NCBI GenBank assembly: GCA_944351415.1
Contig: CALVPQ010000003.1
Span: 977-64,976, forward strand
Reading direction: 5' to 3'
DNA length: 64,000 bases
Source: an uncultured Clostridia bacterium
GTDB lineage: Bacteria; Bacillota; Clostridia; Christensenellales; UBA1242
Part shown: piece by piece, positions 58,620-64,000 of the stretch
Position numbering within the stretch: the first letter of the stretch is position 1
How the letters are laid out: the number at the start of each line of letters is the position of its first letter
The notes under the pieces: generated by a model
Seen by the model: only the letters and a program-made list of their open reading frames with translations
Told to the model about the DNA's origin: nothing
The model's database searches: none
Program-made: the position numbers and the translations under genes

Positions 58620-58982
58620 TCAGCCTGGTTTTATGTTGCAGAAGGCTTTATTAAAGAATTTTCATAAAAAAATACATTTGCGGGAGCCTAAGTCGGGAAA
58701 TCAGAATTTTGACTGTTAGGCTCAAAAGTAGAAACGAATTTTAATTATTTTAAACTTTTTATCAGATAGTGATGCAAACTACGTTTGCTGGTGTTACCCC
58801 AATATATTCACCCCTTGTGGGTCATTATTACGACGAAATTTACAGAGTAAATTTCTAGGTGGTGGAAGAGTCTTGGGAAAGAAACCAAAAGCAATTTTAA
58901 TGTCCCACCGTTAAAATTGCGTGCCATAGCTGTTAGCTGAATTTTTCAGTGTGTCAGCATTATGGCTTTGGTGTCTTACCAA
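58620..58982. ncRNA. Hairpin-dense, GC-enriched intergenic segment (unclassified candidate structured RNA)
   Basis: Stable hairpins lie at 58684-58723, 58774-58788, 58835-58855, 58891-58920 and 58923-58966. All six frames are closed. The segment lies upstream of the ftsH promoter and downstream of gerAC. Confidence 0.4.
58878..58920 (-). terminator. Intrinsic terminator of the gerA-type operon
   Basis: A 10-bp stem GCAATTTTAA / TTAAAATTGC with a 10-nt loop is followed on the minus strand by UUUUGGUUUCUUU. Confidence 0.7.
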
Positions 58983-60260
58983 CTAGTCTGGCTCTACCAC
59001 TACATTAAGTTTAAATACAACATAATCTATAAACTGAGATACTGCCTCTTGCCCACCTATTTTATTTAAAAACCTTACAAACTCCTTTCTATTATGAAAG
59101 AAAAATTGGCGAGCTATTCCCAGCACATCTGCATCACAATCACGTAAGATATTAATTGAATTGGTAAATTGTTCTTTTATTTTTTGTTCTATTTTTTCTG
59201 CGATTTCATCTGTCACGTTGCTGAACTCTGTATTGACTTTTAAACTATTCTCAACTCCATTAATTTCAACAAGTTCAACTCCTAAGATAAGTTGAGCATT
59301 ATAAATTGGATAACCATTTTCAAACTTACTTGAAATAAGAGTTTTTTTAGTTTTTATCTTATATTGAAGCGATATAGTTTGCTCATCTTTTTCAATACCA
59401 TCTACTGTTATTATTTGATTTATTGACTTTGGATTTAAAATATTTATGCCATTAAGCTGTTCAACATCTAAAAGTGCAACCTTTTTCCCATTCTTTAGAA
59501 GAACAGCTTGACCTTGATTTACTATTTGTTTTAACCCAGCCTCTGAGTTATTTGAATTTGAAGAACTATCTGAATTTTTTTGCGAACTTTGAGTTTGAGT
59601 GCTACCAGAATCTTGTGAATTTGAAATCTCTGAATTTTCCTCTTTTCTAGTTTTTTCATCTTCAATAGTTAAATAGCCAATAAGTGATGATTTTGTGGGA
59701 CTGAAATATCCTTTATAAAATGCTTCAAGAGATGTGTCTGTCACGTAAAGATTATTTGCATTATAGCCTATAACCTGCTCAAGTTTTAGACCTAGGTTAC
59801 TTATTAAATCCTTTGAACTTTCAAGAATTTCTTTTGCGGTCTTATTGGTGCAAACAAAAACTGTGTTTTCAGGAAGTGATGCAACTCGACTTAAATAGTC
59901 AATAGAGGACGCAACATCTTCTTCAAGTAATTTTTCATTAACTACAGTTGTTTTCGCATGAGATAGACCAACAGAACGTCCCATCGCAATTTGGGCATTA
60001 TATATTGCTTCAGCAACAGAACCACCCTTTCCTGATATAACTGAACTTTTTTCTTGATATGACTGATTTGCTGTTGGTATGAATGTTAAAAGAGAAATTT
60101 CATACTCTTCATCTATTTTATCTATTCCAAGAGCTGTGACAACGCCACGATTTCTGCTTTCCCCTGGTGAATATATAGCAAATGGAGTAAAGAAAAGGAG
60201 TATTATAATAAATACAATTAACATTGGCATTTTAAATAAAATTTTTATCTTTCTTTTCAA
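58983..60260 (-). CDS. gerAC: Ger(x)C-family germinant receptor subunit C
   Basis: It starts with TTG and has AAGGAGG 7 nt upstream. VVTALGIDKIDEEYEISLL... is typical of GerxC. It is the third gene of an A-B-C operon. Confidence 0.7.
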   Translation of the reverse strand: MKRKIKILFKMPMLIVFIIILLFFTPFAIYSPGESRNRGVVTALGIDKIDEEYEISLLTFIPTANQSYQEKSSVISGKGGSVAEAIYNAQIAMGRSVGLSHAKTTVVNEKLLEEDVASSIDYLSRVASLPENTVFVCTNKTAKEILESSKDLISNLGLKLEQVIGYNANNLYVTDTSLEAFYKGYFSPTKSSLIGYLTIEDEKTRKEENSEISNSQDSGSTQTQSSQKNSDSSSNSNNSEAGLKQIVNQGQAVLLKNGKKVALLDVEQLNGINILNPKSINQIITVDGIEKDEQTISLQYKIKTKKTLISSKFENGYPIYNAQLILGVELVEINGVENSLKVNTEFSNVTDEIAEKIEQKIKEQFTNSINILRDCDADVLGIARQFFFHNRKEFVRFLNKIGGQEAVSQFIDYVVFKLNVVVEPD

Positions 60261-61326
60261 TTTTTTGCCTCCTTATTATCAATATAACTAAAAGAATAAT
60301 TGGCAAAATATAATTGATTGCTATTGCAAGATATGGAAGCCAATATAGCGCCGATGTAACCATAGTTTCATACCTGCCAATAAAGACGTAATAAAGAATA
60401 CAAAATAGTATATCAAAAATCACTACTGAGTAGTTTTTGTTTAGTAACGGAAAAATATTTACAAAACAATCACAAAATGCATAACTAAAAATCTCCATCT
60501 GGAAAAGTGTGATGAACATTATTGTTAACATCGCTATTATATCAAGCCTGCCTATTGCATTAAACTGCACAGAAAACACAAGCAAGTCTGCAAGTGCATT
60601 GTTATGCATAAAAGCAGTTATTTGATACTTTGCATAAAAAAGATAAAACAAAGATACAACCAATATAATAGCAAATAATGCAAAGAAAAAAAGCTTTTTT
60701 GTTTGTCCCTTTTTTATTTCTATCCTATCCATAATAAGAAATAAAATTATAAAATCGCCAAAGGCAAAAACATGATTATAAAGAGATAGAAAAAAATCCT
60801 TTGCACTAGAGACAAAAAAATATGGTGTTGAAATTGGTGTGAAAAGTGATATAGCAAGGCATACAACAAAGCCGGCAATTACCACACCAAAGAAAAGTTC
60901 TATTGTTCGTGAAAAAGCCCTGATACCACTTATCGTTGCATGATTTATCACTGGCAAAAAGGCTATAAGTGCTAGAAAAATAAATTCATCTTGATAAATT
61001 TGCTGTTTGAAGTATACATAAGTTACACTAAAAACCAATAAACACTTAAAAAAGAAAAAACATAACATGGCGAAATAGATGATTTTTGTGACTACCTTGC
61101 CTAATTTATCTCTTAAAATATCATATAATTTTTTATTCGGATAATTTTCTTTAAGTTTTATAAAAATAGGAAGCATGGCAAAATCTAGCAAAAACAAAGT
61201 AAGCAAAACAAAGATTGAATCTGCCGAAGTTTGTTGATACATTAAAGACGGCATAAGCAATATTTTGTTTGCAAAAATACACATCACTATTATCACACCA
61301 CATTGCCTTATACTTATCTTCTTCAT
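60232..61326 (-). CDS. gerAB: Germinant receptor subunit B (GerAB/APC-type permease)
   Basis: It has 10 TM segments. The N-terminus KISIRQCGVIIVMCIFANKILLMPS is typical. It overlaps gerAA by 4 nt. Confidence 0.75.
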   Translation of the reverse strand: MKKISIRQCGVIIVMCIFANKILLMPSLMYQQTSADSIFVLLTLFLLDFAMLPIFIKLKENYPNKKLYDILRDKLGKVVTKIIYFAMLCFFFFKCLLVFSVTYVYFKQQIYQDEFIFLALIAFLPVINHATISGIRAFSRTIELFFGVVIAGFVVCLAISLFTPISTPYFFVSSAKDFFLSLYNHVFAFGDFIILFLIMDRIEIKKGQTKKLFFFALFAIILVVSLFYLFYAKYQITAFMHNNALADLLVFSVQFNAIGRLDIIAMLTIMFITLFQMEIFSYAFCDCFVNIFPLLNKNYSVVIFDILFCILYYVFIGRYETMVTSALYWLPYLAIAINYILPIILLVILIIRRQKIEKKDKNFI

Positions 61327-62747
61327 AACCGCTCCTTCTTTTCTGGGCTAAAAGCCTTCGGCCGTTGTCGCATACTATAAACCGGTTCCATGAACGTTGC
61401 ATCTTTTAAATCTTGTGGTATGCGTGGCGAATAAGGGGCTAGATATGGTGTTTTAAAACTGTCAAAGTTATTTAGATAATTTATTATGTATACAAGCCCT
61501 GAAATAAGTCCAATAAGACCTAGCGAACCACCTAGAATAATAAAAATAAGCTGTAAAACTGTGATTTGTGGTGCCTGCTCTGGAATTGTATAAAGTGCTA
61601 TTTTAGATAGAGCAACAATTATCACTCCTGGTGGTGAAATAAGCCCTGCCTTAACTCCTGTATCACCCAAGATTAATGCTCCAACAACTGATGTTGCAAG
61701 CCCTAAATAGCTTGGAAGTCTAAGACTGACCTCGTATAAAATTTGGAATAATAAAAAAATAAACAATATCTCCAAAAAAGGTGTGAAAGGAAGCCCTTGT
61801 GTTGTGTCTGCTATAGTTATCAAAAAATTGAGTGGTAAAATATTATAATGGTATAACTGCAGTGCAAGATAAAAGCCTGGAGATATAAGTGCTATTAAAA
61901 GCCCCAAAAGTCTTATTACTCTTACAAAGCTTGAGTAATGGTGATTTGTATAGTAGTCATTACTATTTTGCAAATCTTCTATAAATATGAATGGAACTGT
62001 CAGAACAATTGGAGAATTATCAACAATAATTGCAACCTTACCCTCTAGCATTTTCGATGTTACAATATCGGGTTTTTCTGTGTTGCCTATTTGTTTAAAA
62101 AGTGAGCCTGGTCTATTTTCTAAATAGGTAAGTATATTATAAGAATCCAAAATTCCATCAATTTTTATATTTTTAATTTTTTCTTTGACTTCTTTAACAA
62201 TTTTTTTATTTGCTATACCCTTTATGTATGTTATGCAGACCTTTGTTTGTGTCTGAGAGCCTACCCTTAACACTTCCATAACCAGTTCTTTTGTTTTTAT
62301 TCTTCTTCTTAGCAAAGTTATATTTGTTTGCAAATCTTCAACAAAACCCTCTCTCGGCCCTTGTATAACTGGAGATGTTGGGGGCTCGGAAGGTATCCTT
62401 GTTGGGAATTTTAACAAATCTATAGATAAAATTTTCTTAGAAAAATTGGTGACTATTATAAGTTTGCCATCTAGGATTTCTTTTATTATATCTTTTTCTT
62501 TTATCTCTTTTATGTCCACACATTTTAAAATATCATTTTTCAAACCTTCTATGGTAATTTTGCTGTTATACATCTGTAGAGGGAAATATACAGCAGAAGA
62601 AAAAAGAGTTTGGTCTATGATGCTTTTTAAAAATATAAAACCGAGAATTTGATTATCCTTTTTGTATAATCTAGAAGAAAAATCCACACTGCTATTTAGT
62701 GTGCTTTTAATCTCTTCTATTTTATCTTTTACATTAAAATAAGACAT
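61323..62747 (-). CDS. gerAA: Germinant receptor subunit A (GerAA family)
   Basis: It has the GerA-family core (PTSPVIQGPREGFVEDLQTNITLLRRR, KVAIIVDNSPIVLTVP) and C-terminal TM segments. Confidence 0.85.
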   Translation of the reverse strand: MSYFNVKDKIEEIKSTLNSSVDFSSRLYKKDNQILGFIFLKSIIDQTLFSSAVYFPLQMYNSKITIEGLKNDILKCVDIKEIKEKDIIKEILDGKLIIVTNFSKKILSIDLLKFPTRIPSEPPTSPVIQGPREGFVEDLQTNITLLRRRIKTKELVMEVLRVGSQTQTKVCITYIKGIANKKIVKEVKEKIKNIKIDGILDSYNILTYLENRPGSLFKQIGNTEKPDIVTSKMLEGKVAIIVDNSPIVLTVPFIFIEDLQNSNDYYTNHHYSSFVRVIRLLGLLIALISPGFYLALQLYHYNILPLNFLITIADTTQGLPFTPFLEILFIFLLFQILYEVSLRLPSYLGLATSVVGALILGDTGVKAGLISPPGVIIVALSKIALYTIPEQAPQITVLQLIFIILGGSLGLIGLISGLVYIINYLNNFDSFKTPYLAPYSPRIPQDLKDATFMEPVYSMRQRPKAFSPEKKERL

Positions 62748-62766
62748 ACCTTTTTCCTTTTTAAAA

Positions 62767-62795
62767 TAGTATGTCTTATTAAATTTTTTTTATGT
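62767..62795 (-). promoter_or_regulatory. Forespore (sigma-G/F-like) promoter upstream of gerAA
   Basis: On the minus strand, ACATA (62791-62795) is separated by 17 nt from CATACTA (62767-62773). The -10 matches the CATAnTA consensus. Confidence 0.4.
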
Positions 62796-62819
62796 GTTTT
62801 ATATATGTTTTTCTATTTA

Positions 62820-63767
62820 TTATTGTTGAACGTAAGTCACTTCACCATTATAAACATTATATTCATTTAGGGTTATTGGGCTTATTCCTATAACAGAATT
62901 ATCCTGGTATAATAGCGAAATATCAATCATATAAGTATACAATCCATTATTACTGCTAACTTCAAAAGTATCACACTCATAAACCATATCGTCAAGATAA
63001 ATATTAAACTTTTCAAGTTGTTCATAGCCTGTTGCTGTTATAAGTTTCTCTTCAGCATTAAAACTTACACTTAAAAGTGGTAAATATTTATGAACTACTT
63101 TAATACTTAACTCGTTTGATGGCAAACTATTTTCATAATACTCGGCATCAGATAATGCAACAACATAGAAAGAATACTCTCCGCCTGGAATAGTTTGCAA
63201 ATCTAAATGTGTTCCACTAATTTGCATTGGCGCAAGCCCACTTATATACAATAAATAGTCATCTGCATTATCAACAGCAGTCCAACTTATTATATCTTCT
63301 TCTTGATTATAATTTAATTGTGCTGGTGATAGATTTTTATAAACCGTCCAAGTTATAGGCTTGCTTTCTTCACTATTATTACCTTCATTTTCAGCGATAT
63401 ATGTGACTGTTATATTGTATGTGTGCCCTATTTCAATTCCTTGTGCTTGAAGTTCATCTATAGTCAAAATATTTTTGTCACTTTCAATAACAATTTCACT
63501 TTCTTCATCTTCAGTATCTATGAAAACAAATTTATAGCTTTTATAATTATCATTCATATCAACCGCAACATAAATATTTCTGCCATCATCAATTACACGC
63601 AAGTTGTTTGGTGCTGAAACATTATAATTAAGCATAAAAGCAGTGACAATCCCACCTATTGCTATAATGGAAATCACTACTGCAAGCATTATAAAAAGCA
63701 CCTTTTTTTTGTCTATAGTTTTCCTAACTGGCTTTTGTTTATCAATTTCTTTCTTCTTTTCTTCCAT
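62820..63767 (-). CDS. Membrane-anchored protein with beta-rich (Fn3/Ig-like) ectodomain
   Basis: It has a basic N-terminus and a TM segment (VLFIMLAVVISIIAIGGIVTAFML). Two similar segments are PITWTVY and IISWTAV. Confidence 0.45.
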   Translation of the reverse strand: MEEKKKEIDKQKPVRKTIDKKKVLFIMLAVVISIIAIGGIVTAFMLNYNVSAPNNLRVIDDGRNIYVAVDMNDNYKSYKFVFIDTEDEESEIVIESDKNILTIDELQAQGIEIGHTYNITVTYIAENEGNNSEESKPITWTVYKNLSPAQLNYNQEEDIISWTAVDNADDYLLYISGLAPMQISGTHLDLQTIPGGEYSFYVVALSDAEYYENSLPSNELSIKVVHKYLPLLSVSFNAEEKLITATGYEQLEKFNIYLDDMVYECDTFEVSSNNGLYTYMIDISLLYQDNSVIGISPITLNEYNVYNGEVTYVQQ

Positions 63768-63836
63768 TTACACTATTAGTATACCCTATCACACAAAAAA
63801 ATCAAAACAATTTTTTAATAAAAAGAAAAAACAATA

Positions 63837-63865
63837 TTGACAAAAGTTTGTAAATGGTATATACT
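63837..63865 (+). promoter_or_regulatory. Sigma-A-type promoter
   Basis: TTGACA (63837-63842) is separated by 17 nt from TATACT (63860-63865). Confidence 0.55.
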
Positions 63866-63889
63866 ATTGTTAAGTTATTGGAGGAATTA

Positions 63890-64000
63890 TGTTTGATTAT
63901 ATGTCTAATTCTCAAATTGCAGCATTTATTTTAGGAATTGTGCTTTCGGTATTTTCTATTGCATCTGCTTTCTTGGCTATTAAGTATGCAAAGAAACTTG
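63890..64000 (+). CDS. Small membrane protein, 3' end outside window
   Basis: ATG 63890 has GGAGG 6 nt upstream. The sequence MFDYMSNSQIAAFILGIVLSVFSIASAFLAIKYAKKL... is open to the window edge. Confidence 0.5.

Noticed and set aside
58684-58723. A hairpin resembling group II intron domain V (GAGCC...GGCUC stem, AGC triad, 2-nt 3' bulge).
   Set aside because: The apical loop is 16 nt rather than a short helix plus GNRA. No intron-sized upstream RNA domains or reverse transcriptase/maturase ORF exist. The upstream sequence is the ftsH promoter and gene on the other strand.
58530-58990. A known housekeeping or regulatory RNA in the structured spacer: tmRNA, RNase P RNA, SRP RNA, T-box, purine riboswitch or c-di-AMP (ydaO) riboswitch.
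   Set aside because: For tmRNA, GGGGGG and AUUCGAC are present near 58540-58585. They are ~45 nt apart, there is no T-arm or CCA end, and no tag ORF ends in LAA-like residues. For RNase P there is no GAGGAAAGUCC on either strand. For SRP there is no GGAAGCAGCC-type motif. For T-box, GGUGGGAC in the 58901-58910 loop resembles the GGUGGUAC box, but it sits in the loop of a perfect terminator with no downstream aaRS gene. The purine-like UAUGGCACGCAA and ydaO-like GACCCA..GGGGUGAAU are isolated matches without the rest of the consensus.

Overview
This is a low-GC chromosomal segment from an endospore-forming Firmicute (Clostridia-like), and most genes lie on the minus strand. The recognisable core genes are a cadC-cadA metal-efflux pair, rpoB-rpoC, hflX, a class II fructose-bisphosphate aldolase, spoIIID, acpP, and a SpoIIQ-like M23 peptidase. 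Further right are a GlmU-like/pth/mfd/PrsA-like block, a DUF4363-DUF421 pair, a SpoVB-like flippase, a VanW protein, the CCA-adding enzyme, a second P-type ATPase, ftsH and a gerA-type germinant-receptor operon. I saw no rRNA, tRNA, CRISPR array, transposase, integrase or reverse transcriptase. The main accessory content is a two-gene block directly upstream of rpoB. It consists of an orphan VirB4-type ATPase with a fused VirB3-like membrane segment (25467-28142), followed 112 bp later by an 11.5-kb gene for a 3833-aa lipoprotein (13853-25354). That protein is built from Ig-like regions and three GLUG-repeat modules. No other type IV secretion or conjugation gene is recognisable in the 64 kb. 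Other points worth a second look are two, possibly three, intergenic four-way-junction hairpin elements (31262-31352, 45602-45689, weaker 1732-1815). There is also a roughly 360-nt hairpin-dense, GC-enriched spacer between gerAC and the ftsH promoter. Three genes have consensus promoters placed so that the mRNA would be leaderless. rpoBC has its own consensus promoter and a leader terminator instead of the usual rplJL linkage. All product calls come from motif reading by eye, because no database search was possible.
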